From positions 1 to 30,100 of the forward strand of contig NZ_SODD01000032.1 of NCBI RefSeq assembly GCF_004365815.1: a stretch of DNA of 30,100 nt. Direction: 5' to 3'. This DNA is from Breznakia blatticola. GTDB taxonomy: Bacteria > Bacillota_I > Bacilli_A > Erysipelotrichales > Erysipelotrichaceae. The translations under genes and the position numbers were made by a program. Positions 8,679-18,009 of this stretch are shown piece after piece; the first letter of the stretch is position 1, and the number at the start of each line of letters is the position of its first letter. The notes under the pieces were generated by a model. It was not told the origin of the DNA, did no database searches, and was given only the letters and a program-made list of their open reading frames with translations.

Positions 8679-9137
8679 TTATTCCTCCTGTAATTGAATT
8701 CGTAGATTTTTCAATGCGCGCGTCACAATCGACGCAATCGTACTCGTACTTTTGTGAAACATTTCTCCTATTTCCTTGTATGTATATCCCTCAATATAAT
8801 GAAGATAGACATATACACGTTCATGGCTTGGCAAAAGTGCAAGTTCTTCATGAATCGAAATACTTACGTAATCATCAGCAAACCATTCTAATTCCAAATC
8901 AACTCGCTTTTTATTGAAAAACTTTCGATGAAATGAATTACATTGATTTATAGTTACACGAATCAACCATGATTTCACATGTTCATTACTTATAAAATGT
9001 TTTTGCTTATAGAGTTTTATGAACACTTCTTGCACTATATCTTCAGCATCTGCACGATTCATGACATTTGCAAACGCTAAACGCAATACCATATCTGCAT
9101 ACTCATGAAGATACTCTTCATATTTTTCATTTTCCAT
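8679..9137 (-). CDS. ECF-type RNA polymerase sigma-70 family factor
   Basis: Region 2 (DAEDIVQEVFIKLYK...WLIRVTIN) and a region 4 HTH (YTYKEIGEMFHKSTSTIASIVTRALKNLR). I prefer the ATG at 9137 with SD GAAGGAGGG. The ORF track start at 9167 is a TTG with no SD. Confidence 0.9.
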   Translation of the reverse strand: MENEKYEEYLHEYADMVLRLAFANVMNRADAEDIVQEVFIKLYKQKHFISNEHVKSWLIRVTINQCNSFHRKFFNKKRVDLELEWFADDYVSISIHEELALLPSHERVYVYLHYIEGYTYKEIGEMFHKSTSTIASIVTRALKNLRIQLQEE

Positions 9138-9182
9138 ATTCCCTCCTTCACTACTAATACGTTTCAACTACATCATTTTACG

Positions 9183-9233
9183 AAAAAAAGATTTTATATT
9201 TCGTATACACGTATATACAAATACAAAATCTTT
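9183..9233 (-). terminator. Intrinsic terminator of polC
   Basis: Long imperfect AU-rich hairpin (AAAGAUUUUGUAUUUGUAUAUAC..GUAUACGAAAUAUAAAAUCUUU) followed by U7. It starts 5 nt after the polC stop. Confidence 0.8.
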
Positions 9234-9237
9234 CTTT

Positions 9238-12200
9238 TTAGAATAATGACATTTGATTTTCGTCTTGCAATCCTTCAAGTGCACCTAGTTGGTCAAGTTT
9301 ATCAACTAGTGTTTTACTTAATTGCGTACGATTTAATAAATCTTCTTTTGAAATGAATGGATGTTCTTTTCTTGCTTCTACAATACTAATCGCAACGTTG
9401 GTACCTAGACCATCGACACTTGTAAATGCAGGAAGCAAACTATCATCACGCGTGTCATCAACAACAAATCGTGTTGCTGGTGAACGGTTAATGTCAAGTT
9501 TTTGAATTTTGAATCCACGTAAGTACATTTCTAGTGCAAGTTCTAATGCATCATATACATTATGTTCTTTTGCACTTACTTCATTTTTTGTCTCTGGATT
9601 ATTACGACGTTGATCAATGTCGCTCATGCGTGCCTTGATCGTTTCAAGACCTTTGGTCATTGCATCAATATCGTATGCATCACAACGAATTGAGAAGAAC
9701 ATTCCATAATAATGAAGAGGCTTATGTACTTTAAACCATGCAATACGAACAGCCATCATTACATATGCAACCGCATGGGCTTTCGGGAACATGTACTTAA
9801 TTTTCTTACATGAATCAATGTAGTATGGCTCAACATGATTTGCTTGCATATCTTCAATCCATTCATCACGTAATCCACGTCCTTTACGAACACTCTCCAT
9901 GATGGTAAATGCAGTTTTTGGTTGCAATCCTTTTTTCATTAAATCGACCATAATATCATCACGACAACCAATAACATCGCGTAGTGTTAGCTTATGATCT
10001 AATCCTAACTCTTGACGATATTTTGCTTTATCATCATCAACAAGGTTTTTTGCGTTATTTAACCAAACATCCGTACCATGACTCAACCCTGAAATCGTAA
10101 CTAACTCACTAAAGGTCTTTGGTTTTGTTTCTTCAAGGATTCCACGGACGAATTTCGTTCCAAACTCAGGAATTCCAGCAGCTCCTGTTTTCTCCGTATT
10201 TTGTGTTGTATCAATCATCAACGTATCCGGTTTTGAGAAAATAGCCATCGTATCTGGATCGTTCATTGGAATTTTACGAACATCAACTCCACTACTTTCT
10301 TCCAAGATTTTCATCGCAGTTGGATCAACGTGACCTAGAATATCAAATTTCAGCACGTTAGCTTCAATATCATGATAATCAAGGTGTGTCGTTTTCATAT
10401 CTTCATATGGGTTGTTACTTGGGAATTGTACTGGTGTAAATTCATTAACACTCATATCTTGTGGGAAAACGATAATTCCACCCGGGTGCTGTCCTGTACT
10501 TCGACGTACTCCATCACATTGCTCTGCTAAATAGGTTATACGAGCATTGTTCATCGTACCTTCTTTTCCCATTTCCTCTAGATATCCTTTTACATACCCA
10601 AAGGCAGTTTTACTAGCAACTGTGGCAATGGTCCCAGCACGATATGCGTGTGAATCCCCAAAGTATTCTTGTAAGAATTTATGTGCTTTTCCTTGATATT
10701 CACCTGAGAAGTTCAAATCAATATCTGGAACCTTATCCCCTTCAAATCCTAAGAAGGTTTCAAATGGAATGTTTTGTCCATCTCCACGCATATGAGTTTT
10801 ACAGTGCGGACATTCTTTATCTGGTAAGTCAAATCCTGAGTTGATTGATGGATCATCCATAAACTCGCTGTATTTACATTTTGGACATATATAATGTGGA
10901 GCCAATGGGTTTACCTCTGTAATGTTTGCCATTGTCGCAACAAAACTACTACCAACTGATCCACGACTACCTACAAGATATCCATCATCAAGGGAATGTT
11001 TTACTAGCAAGTGACTTACATAGTAAACAACCTCAAATCCATTTCCGATAATACTGTTTAATTCTTTTTCTAAACGATCCTTTACAATTTGAGGTAAATC
11101 TGAACCATATATATCATGCGCTGTATCATAACAAATATCACGTAAGATTTGATCACAGTTTTCAATTGATGGTGGATATAAATCTTTTTTTACTGGATAG
11201 GTATACTCGATACTATCAGCTATCGCATTTGTATTTTCAACAACGATTTCATATGCCAATTGTTCATCCAAAAACTTAAAGCAATCTAACATTTCTTGTG
11301 TCGTTCGAAAATGTTGATCTGGTGCTGAAGTAGAACGACGAATTTCCTTTTTATAAATATATAGGGGGTGTCGTACTCCACCAATTCCTTGTGCGTTGAT
11401 AAAGATATCACGCACTTCTTTTTTTTCTTCTTCTACATAGTGAGCATCACCAGTAGCGACCACCATTTTATCCATACCTCTTGCAAGTTCAATGATATTA
11501 CTTAATATCATCTCTACTTCTTTGATGGAATTAAGTGCTCCACGATTCACTAAGTTCATATAGTTTGCAGGTGGTTGCACTTCAATATAGTCATAGAATT
11601 TCATTAATTCCTTAACAATTTCGTCACTTTTCGTCATCGCTGCATCAAAAACTTCTCCGTTTTGACACGCACTTCCAATATAAAGATTTCCTGCTTGTTT
11701 TTTCTTTTCGATTTCTTTGCGTGGAATTCTAGGCTGACAAATTGGTTTATTATTACTTTTACTAACGGCAGCTAAGTATTCCGTATGAGAACTACTTACC
11801 AATTCGTAGATATCTTGTATTCCTTGTTGGTTTTTGGCAAGCACAACAATATGCTTATCACGAATACTACCAATCTCTTTCACTTTATTTAGCGATAATA
11901 CATCCATGAGTGTCTTCTGTGGCTTCATTTGCTGAAGCATACGTAAGAATACCTCTGCTAATACTTGCGCATCATAATCTGCTCTATGGGCAACATCTGC
12001 ATCGTAGGTAATTTTATAGTGACGAGCAACATTCCCTAAGGCAAAACGCTTTGATTCTGTTAACAGCGCTTTTGCTAAATCTAGTGTATCAATCACTGGG
12101 TTTGTCAGTTTCTCTTTTCCCATGCGAACAAGTGCTTCATTCATAAAGCCATAGTCAAATCCTGCATTGTGCGCAACAAGTATACTATCACCGATAAAAT

Positions 12201-13611
12201 CAAGAATATCATCCATTGCTTCTTCAATGCTTTTTGCATTTTCTACTTCTTGATTACTAATATTTGTTAAGTCAGTAATCTTTGCTGAAATAGGAACTGG
12301 TGGCTTAATAAACATTTGCATGGTTTCTTTTGGCATATTGTTTTCAATGATTTGTGCCCCAAATTCGATAATGTGATCATACTTGCTTGATAGACCTGTC
12401 GTCTCAAGGTCAAACACACAATAGCGTGCATTATGAATATCAACATTTGTAGGATTGTAAACGATATTTAACTCATCATCAATCATACTCATTTCAATTC
12501 CATAGATCATTTTAAATTTCTTTTCACGATCACTATTGATACCATTCACCAAACGTTGTGCTGTTGGATAGCCTTGAACAACATTATGATCTGTAATTGC
12601 AAATGCATCATGCCCCCATGCATTTGCTTGCTTAATATAATCAGCAATTGCACTTACTCCGTCCATTTCACTTAGTTTTGAATGTGCATGAAGTTCTACA
12701 CGTTTTCTGCTTGCATGATCTTGTTTTCTTACTTTTGGCACTTTAACAATCGAGCGTCCACGTCCATTTGCATTAAATACAACATCTTTATCCCAAGTGG
12801 AATATTGAACTTTTCCACTGATTTCAACTGTATCTCCTTCTTTGAAGTTATCTTCAGGTAATACATCTGCGGTTTTCTCAAAACGTTGTGCTTTGATACA
12901 CGCATCTTTATCTACTAAATATAATGAACGAATTTGTTTTCCATTTTGAATTTCTTTAATATCCGTTAAGAAGATTTCTCCACGAATTTTTACTTCTTCC
13001 ATTCCATCCATCAAATCACGAATTGGTGTTAATGGATAGTTCTCCATTTTCATTCGTGGTTGATAACTCATTGGTTTTACACTTTCTTGGACAACCTGGC
13101 GTTGTTCAAGATCATAATCCACCTTCACAACTTCTACTTCTGTATCCACTGTAAAATCTTCCACTACAAGAGGCAAACAAATTCCATAGTGTTCTAACTC
13201 ATGTGCCATTTGTTGGGTTTTACTCTTCGCCTCATTTTGTGCTTCTACACTTTCATATGAGAATACAATTTTTTCTCCTTCGATTTTCGCAAAAGTCTTG
13301 GCAAAAACAGTAAGTTCTTTTTGTTTATTTGCAATAAAACGTATGTATTGATTCAGTGCAGTTGCATTCATGGTCTGTTTATGACATGAAAGTTGCATAT
13401 CCACTTTACATTTAAAGTGCACAATCATCTTATTTACAAACTGTTCATAGGTTTGTAATCCAATCGGTGCTTGTGTTTGAATTTCCATTGCTAAGGTATT
13501 CTTCTCACGATAAAAAACCGGTTTTTTAGTAAAAACCGCATCTTTAAATTCATCTACATCCATTTCGTTTACACCAATTTGCAGTGCAATTTCATATACT
13601 TCTTGATTCAT
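9238..13611 (-). CDS. polC: DNA polymerase III alpha subunit, PolC type
   Basis: 1457 aa with a PHP domain and an inserted DEDDh exonuclease (VFDLETTGLS, HNAGFDYGF, HRADYDAQV). A Zn finger (CPKCKYSEF...CPHCK) and a polymerase core are also present. Confidence 0.97.
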   Translation of the reverse strand: MNQEVYEIALQIGVNEMDVDEFKDAVFTKKPVFYREKNTLAMEIQTQAPIGLQTYEQFVNKMIVHFKCKVDMQLSCHKQTMNATALNQYIRFIANKQKELTVFAKTFAKIEGEKIVFSYESVEAQNEAKSKTQQMAHELEHYGICLPLVVEDFTVDTEVEVVKVDYDLEQRQVVQESVKPMSYQPRMKMENYPLTPIRDLMDGMEEVKIRGEIFLTDIKEIQNGKQIRSLYLVDKDACIKAQRFEKTADVLPEDNFKEGDTVEISGKVQYSTWDKDVVFNANGRGRSIVKVPKVRKQDHASRKRVELHAHSKLSEMDGVSAIADYIKQANAWGHDAFAITDHNVVQGYPTAQRLVNGINSDREKKFKMIYGIEMSMIDDELNIVYNPTNVDIHNARYCVFDLETTGLSSKYDHIIEFGAQIIENNMPKETMQMFIKPPVPISAKITDLTNISNQEVENAKSIEEAMDDILDFIGDSILVAHNAGFDYGFMNEALVRMGKEKLTNPVIDTLDLAKALLTESKRFALGNVARHYKITYDADVAHRADYDAQVLAEVFLRMLQQMKPQKTLMDVLSLNKVKEIGSIRDKHIVVLAKNQQGIQDIYELVSSSHTEYLAAVSKSNNKPICQPRIPRKEIEKKKQAGNLYIGSACQNGEVFDAAMTKSDEIVKELMKFYDYIEVQPPANYMNLVNRGALNSIKEVEMILSNIIELARGMDKMVVATGDAHYVEEEKKEVRDIFINAQGIGGVRHPLYIYKKEIRRSTSAPDQHFRTTQEMLDCFKFLDEQLAYEIVVENTNAIADSIEYTYPVKKDLYPPSIENCDQILRDICYDTAHDIYGSDLPQIVKDRLEKELNSIIGNGFEVVYYVSHLLVKHSLDDGYLVGSRGSVGSSFVATMANITEVNPLAPHYICPKCKYSEFMDDPSINSGFDLPDKECPHCKTHMRGDGQNIPFETFLGFEGDKVPDIDLNFSGEYQGKAHKFLQEYFGDSHAYRAGTIATVASKTAFGYVKGYLEEMGKEGTMNNARITYLAEQCDGVRRSTGQHPGGIIVFPQDMSVNEFTPVQFPSNNPYEDMKTTHLDYHDIEANVLKFDILGHVDPTAMKILEESSGVDVRKIPMNDPDTMAIFSKPDTLMIDTTQNTEKTGAAGIPEFGTKFVRGILEETKPKTFSELVTISGLSHGTDVWLNNAKNLVDDDKAKYRQELGLDHKLTLRDVIGCRDDIMVDLMKKGLQPKTAFTIMESVRKGRGLRDEWIEDMQANHVEPYYIDSCKKIKYMFPKAHAVAYVMMAVRIAWFKVHKPLHYYGMFFSIRCDAYDIDAMTKGLETIKARMSDIDQRRNNPETKNEVSAKEHNVYDALELALEMYLRGFKIQKLDINRSPATRFVVDDTRDDSLLPAFTSVDGLGTNVAISIVEARKEHPFISKEDLLNRTQLSKTLVDKLDQLGALEGLQDENQMSLF

Positions 13612-13637
13612 ATTCCTACCACCAATTTCTGTCTTCC

Positions 13638-13646
13638 ATTATAGCA
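13638..13646 (-). promoter_or_regulatory. Putative polC promoter (extended -10)
   Basis: The minus strand reads TGcTATAAT, 26 nt upstream of the polC ATG. The -35 (TTTCAA) is weak. Confidence 0.5.
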
Positions 13647-13655
13647 AAATACACC

Positions 13656-13670
13656 ACCCTTTGAAAGGGT
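13656..13670 (-). terminator. Weak candidate terminator hairpin after the DD-carboxypeptidase gene
   Basis: Palindrome ACCCUUUCAAAGGGU followed by GGUGUAUUUUG. The stem is short and the U-tract is interrupted. Confidence 0.35.
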
Positions 13671-13721
13671 CGCTCACATAAAATATGAAAAGAAATGCAT
13701 CTTGATGTGCACCTCTTTATT

Positions 13722-14927
13722 TTACGATTGTTTATATTTTTTATAGATGTGATATCCAGCAAAAGCAATTGCTGCAACACCGATAACTGCAAGATACCAA
13801 TACAGTTGTAGATAATGTAGGATGTATGCAAATACACTATATTTCGCAGCATTTGCAGCTACTGCTTCTACATAGATTGGCTCACTTAAACTTTCACTTT
13901 CAATTTTAATTTGTGCTAAAGTTTCACCAAGAGTAATTGGTGCATCAAATGATTCTTGTGTATCTACGATAATCGAGTAATTCAAATCATTTGGCAAGAC
14001 ACGTGATACTTCTTCATTTGCCATTAGCTCAATCGTTTTGCGGTCGCTAAAACGTACGCCTACCTCTTTTACAATATCACCCTTTTCGACAAATGTGATA
14101 CGTTGAAAGTTTTCATCAATATAACTAAATAATTCTTCAGTCATCGTAATGACATCTGCTCGTGTATTTTCATCTACTTTAGCAATAACAGATACCATCA
14201 AGCCATCTTCAGTTTCTTGAAAACTGGCTAAACAAACACCTGCTTCTGGTGTATATCCGGTTTTTCCACCTTCAATGGATCCACTTGTTTGTTTGAGTTC
14301 TTCATATAATCCTGAAATTGTACTATGTAGTCTAATATTTAATGATTTTACATCATAGACATCAAGAGACATGATTTCCTTAAGTTCAGGAATTGAAATC
14401 GCATATGCCGTAATTTGTGCCATTTCATGTGCAGTACTTACATGTGTATCTTCATGCAATCCAGTTACATTATCAAAGTGTGTACTTACTAAATCCAGTT
14501 GTTTTGCCTTTTCATTCATTGCATCAACCATCGATTCTTGACTACCAAACAAACTAATGGCAAGTTGATTTGCTGCATCTGCACCACTTGGTAATAGCAA
14601 GCCTGCTAATAAGTCTTGATACGTTACAGTAGCACCTACTGGAAAGTTAGCTACACTTGCATTTGCTTCAACTAAACCTGTCCATGCTTCGTCACTCATC
14701 GTAACTGTATCTTCTACGTTTTCAATTTTCTCAAAAGCAACAATTGCACTCATCATTTTGGTCATGCTTGCAGGATACATCAAAGCATCTCCGTTTTTAT
14801 CATACAGCACATGTTGATCTTCAACATTATATACAACCGCATACGGTGCTTTTAGTTCGATTTGCTCATTATGCTTCTGTATACCTAGAAACGATAGACA
14901 CAGTTGTAAAGCGAGTAGTACTTTCAT
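13722..14927 (-). CDS. Serine-type D-Ala-D-Ala carboxypeptidase (S11, PBP5/DacB-like) with a C-terminal membrane anchor
   Basis: 401 aa with a signal-like N-terminus, an active-site SMTK and a KTG box (GGKTGYT). The C-terminus is hydrophobic (YLAVIGVAAIAFAGYHIY). The ATG abuts the rnc stop. Confidence 0.9.
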   Translation of the reverse strand: MKVLLALQLCLSFLGIQKHNEQIELKAPYAVVYNVEDQHVLYDKNGDALMYPASMTKMMSAIVAFEKIENVEDTVTMSDEAWTGLVEANASVANFPVGATVTYQDLLAGLLLPSGADAANQLAISLFGSQESMVDAMNEKAKQLDLVSTHFDNVTGLHEDTHVSTAHEMAQITAYAISIPELKEIMSLDVYDVKSLNIRLHSTISGLYEELKQTSGSIEGGKTGYTPEAGVCLASFQETEDGLMVSVIAKVDENTRADVITMTEELFSYIDENFQRITFVEKGDIVKEVGVRFSDRKTIELMANEEVSRVLPNDLNYSIIVDTQESFDAPITLGETLAQIKIESESLSEPIYVEAVAANAAKYSVFAYILHYLQLYWYLAVIGVAAIAFAGYHIYKKYKQS

Positions 14928-15620
14928 CTACCGTGCAACCTTCAAAAATGCATCTTTAGCAGCAGCTTGTTCTGCTTTTTTCTTGCTTGATCCACTACCT
15001 TTTCCAAGTACAATTGTATCCATTCGAACTTCCATTTCAAAATGCGGGTTGTTGCTTGGTCCAGTTGAGCGTAGTAAATGATATGTTACAGTTTGTCGCG
15101 TATCTGCTTGAATACACTCTTGTAGTTTTGTTTTGTAGTCAACAACTTCATCCGCTTTTGGTGCATCTACATATTTTGGGATTACCTCTTGGAGAATTTG
15201 AGCAACATATGAATATCCACAATCAATATAAATAGCACCAAGAATTGCTTCAAACAAATCACAAAGTAATGAGTTTCGCTCTCTTCCTCCTGATTTTTCT
15301 TCCCCAACTCCTAACAATAAAAACTTATCCCAACCAAGTTCTTTTGTATATTCTGCTAGTGCTTCCTCACGAACCAACTGTGAACGAAGCGTTGTCATTT
15401 GTCCTTCATTCAACATTGGTTCATGATGAAACAATAAATCCGTTGTCCATAATTGTAATACTGCATCCCCCATGAATTCCAAGCGTTCATTATCTCCTGG
15501 TAATTCTGCATGTTCATTTAAATAGGATGTGTGTACACATGCTTGTAAAATAATATCCTTATTTTTATATGGAATATTATGTGCATCAAGCCATTTAAAA
15601 ATTGCATTCATTGATTTCAC
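14928..15620 (-). CDS. rnc: Ribonuclease III
   Basis: 230 aa with the signature ERLEFMGDAVL and a C-terminal dsRBD (GSGSSKKKAEQAAAKDA). Confidence 0.95.
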   Translation of the reverse strand: MKSMNAIFKWLDAHNIPYKNKDIILQACVHTSYLNEHAELPGDNERLEFMGDAVLQLWTTDLLFHHEPMLNEGQMTTLRSQLVREEALAEYTKELGWDKFLLLGVGEEKSGGRERNSLLCDLFEAILGAIYIDCGYSYVAQILQEVIPKYVDAPKADEVVDYKTKLQECIQADTRQTVTYHLLRSTGPSNNPHFEMEVRMDTIVLGKGSGSSKKKAEQAAAKDAFLKVAR

Positions 15621-15637
15621 CTCTTCTCAAGTATACC

Positions 15638-17629
15638 TTAATCCATAGTACTTGTGTATTCTTTTTCCTTAACATACCTTGCGATGCTTGGATAGTTATC
15701 CAAGTGTTGTAATAACACCAAAGCATCCTTTTTTGCGACTTCTAATATATTTTCATCCATGATGACATCACCAAGGATAAAACCAGGAATTCCACTTTGT
15801 CTGCTACCTAATAAATCCCCAGGACCACGTATCATTAAATCCTGTTTTGCGATTTCAAATCCATCATTACTTTCGCACAGTATTTCCATTCTGCGAATAC
15901 TATCTGGATCTTTACTGTTTGATAGTAAGTAACAATATCCTTGCCCTCCAGCTCTACCAATACGACCACGTAATTGGTGTATTTGACTCAAGCCAAAACG
16001 CTCTGCATCATAGATAATCATGATGTTCGCATCTGGGACATCAACACCAACTTCAATCACACTTGTCGCTATCAGAATATCGATCTCTTTACGCTTAAAT
16101 TGCTGCATGATTTCATCTTTTTGTTCGCTACTCATCTTTCCGTGTAAATAATCAAGATGATACATCTTTCCTAATACCGGAAGCAAGTTATGGTAGATTT
16201 CTTCTACATTTCTCAGTTTTAAATCATTATTCTTTTCAATTGCAGGACATACGATATAGCATTGATTACCTGCATCAAGTAAATCTTTTAATTCACCCAT
16301 AATGCTACGAATACTGCTTTCTTTAATTAGTTTTGTAATCGATGGTTTTCTTCCTGCTGGCATTTGTTCAATACTACTTACATCCATATCTCCATACAAT
16401 GAAGTTGCTAGCGTTCTAGGAATCGGTGTTGCACTCATTAAAAGAAAATCTACATCATTTCCTTTCTCAATCAGTTTTCTTCGTTGTTCCACACCAAAAC
16501 GATGTTGCTCATCTGCAATAACTAAACCAAGGTTTTTATATTGTATTGCTTCTTGAAATAATGCATGGGTTCCTACAATCACATCCATATCACCTGCTGC
16601 AATCGCATCGATAATTTCATGTTTTTCTTTTGCAGGCAGTGCAGAGTAAAGTAAGCCTACCCGCACATCATAGGGTTTTAATACACGCTCGACATTGGCA
16701 TAGTGTTGTTTAGCAAGTATCTCAGTTGGTGCAAGTAGTGCAGATTGCATACCAGTTAGCGTGTTTGCATACATTGCAATAGTCGCTACAATTGTTTTTC
16801 CACTTCCGACATCCCCTTGAACTAAGCGATACATTATATGTGTAGATTGTAAATCAGCTAAAGTTTCTGATATCGCTTGTCTTTGATCGTCTGTAAGCAT
16901 ATATGGTAATCCTTGGATTAATTGCTCAACTTTGTCTATCGCAAATACTTTCGCAACCTTACTCTTTTCTACATTTACCATTTTGTAATATTGAATCGTT
17001 AATTGGAATTTTAAAAATTCTTCATATTTCAAATACCGAATCGCTTGCTTCACTGACTCATAGTTTTTTGGAAAATGAATATCATGTAGTGCTTGCTTGC
17101 GTGATACTAGCTTATAGGTTTCTTTTAAAGTATCAGGAATAAACTCTTCAATCATGCAACTATCTAATGCATTTGCTAGATACTTACGCAAATCCTTTTG
17201 TGAGAGTCCATCTTTTGTATTATAGACAGGAATAATCCCTAGTTGTTCTTCAATCGGCTGTGTATTATATGACATGACTAGCACTTTACCATTTCCCTGG
17301 TATTTACCTGAAACCGTAATCGTATGTCCGACACGAAATGCTGAAATCCAAGGACGATTAAATAATGTTAGACTCAATTCTTCTTCATCATACATCGCTT
17401 TAAAACGTGTCACACTTCGTTTTCCACCAAAGTATTGAACTTTTGCTTGATTGATAATCGTACACGAAAAAAAGACCTTTTCTTCAAGTAACCAATCCGC
17501 AAAAGGTTTTACATTTTGGTCTTCATAACGAAACGGATAATGCACCAATAAGTCTTCTACAGAATCAATATGCATCAGTTGCAAAATCTCACGTTTCTTT
17601 GGTGTCACTTTAATACTTTTCAAATCCAT
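15638..17629 (-). CDS. recG: ATP-dependent DNA helicase RecG
   Basis: Wedge domain, Walker A GDVGSGKT, DEQHRFG and TPIPRT. I prefer the ATG at 17629 (MDLKSIKVTPKK...YPFRYED resembles RecG N-termini). The track start at 17674 is a GTG that adds 15 non-conserved residues. Confidence 0.9.
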   Translation of the reverse strand: MDLKSIKVTPKKREILQLMHIDSVEDLLVHYPFRYEDQNVKPFADWLLEEKVFFSCTIINQAKVQYFGGKRSVTRFKAMYDEEELSLTLFNRPWISAFRVGHTITVSGKYQGNGKVLVMSYNTQPIEEQLGIIPVYNTKDGLSQKDLRKYLANALDSCMIEEFIPDTLKETYKLVSRKQALHDIHFPKNYESVKQAIRYLKYEEFLKFQLTIQYYKMVNVEKSKVAKVFAIDKVEQLIQGLPYMLTDDQRQAISETLADLQSTHIMYRLVQGDVGSGKTIVATIAMYANTLTGMQSALLAPTEILAKQHYANVERVLKPYDVRVGLLYSALPAKEKHEIIDAIAAGDMDVIVGTHALFQEAIQYKNLGLVIADEQHRFGVEQRRKLIEKGNDVDFLLMSATPIPRTLATSLYGDMDVSSIEQMPAGRKPSITKLIKESSIRSIMGELKDLLDAGNQCYIVCPAIEKNNDLKLRNVEEIYHNLLPVLGKMYHLDYLHGKMSSEQKDEIMQQFKRKEIDILIATSVIEVGVDVPDANIMIIYDAERFGLSQIHQLRGRIGRAGGQGYCYLLSNSKDPDSIRRMEILCESNDGFEIAKQDLMIRGPGDLLGSRQSGIPGFILGDVIMDENILEVAKKDALVLLQHLDNYPSIARYVKEKEYTSTMD

Positions 17630-17635
17630 ATCTAG

Positions 17636-17644
17636 ATTATACCA
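17636..17644 (-). promoter_or_regulatory. Extended -10 element (TGGTATAAT) ending 6 nt before the recG ATG
   Basis: The minus strand reads aaaTGgTATAATctagatATG. There is no SD sequence between the box and the start codon. Confidence 0.45.
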
Positions 17645-17700
17645 TTTGCAAACAAGAAAATGAAAAGTTTGCACTCTTTGATGCTTTCATCCATTTATAC

Positions 17701-17756
17701 AACATAAAAAGACTTCTTTACGAGAGAGAATTACTTGGAAGAAGTCTTTTTATGTT
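17701..17756 (-). terminator. Perfect 18-bp inverted repeat / intrinsic terminator
   Basis: AACATAAAAAGACTTCTT (17701..17718) and AAGAAGTCTTTTTATGTT (17739..17756) are exact reverse complements around a 20-nt loop. The GC core is flanked by A5 and T5. Confidence 0.75.
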
Positions 17757-17898
17757 TACGCATTATTATCTTTTTTATATCTTAAGAAAAGTGATAGAGC
17801 AACATCTACCACTTCTCCAGGTAAGGATCTTTTGGCAAAGATCATCAGATATAATTACGTCCCTTCCCTAATAGCTAAATAACTATATCCTTAATTAA

Positions 17899-17926
17899 AT
17901 TATAAATTATTTTTTTATAATGTCAA
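17899..17926 (-). promoter_or_regulatory. Consensus sigma-A promoter (TTGACA-16 nt-TATAAT)
   Basis: Minus strand: TTGACA at 17926..17921 and TATAAT at 17904..17899, set in very AT-rich DNA. It faces the small unit that ends at the 17701..17756 hairpin. Confidence 0.7.
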
Positions 17927-17973
17927 TATTATAATGATAATATGCTTATATTAATATAACAATCAATTAACAT

Positions 17974-17999
17974 AAAACCCTGCATATATACAGGGTTTT
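17974..17999 (-). terminator. Intrinsic terminator of the ABC exporter operon
   Basis: AAAACCCUG / CAGGGUUUU stem with an 8-nt loop, 10 nt after the stop codon. U4 is followed by AUGUU. Confidence 0.65.
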
Positions 18000-18009
18000 T
18001 ATAGGATGA

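Noticed and set aside
9161-9166. A TGAAAC ECF-type -35-like motif upstream of the sigma gene.
   Set aside because: There is no CGT-type -10 at the right spacing. The motif sits only ~25 nt from the start codon and overlaps the SD region, and it merely coincides with the track's TTG start.
13616-13852. 78-aa minus-strand ORF spanning the polC upstream region.
   Set aside because: It overlaps the 3' end of the DD-carboxypeptidase gene in another frame and runs through the terminator and promoter region. It has no SD and no recognisable sequence.
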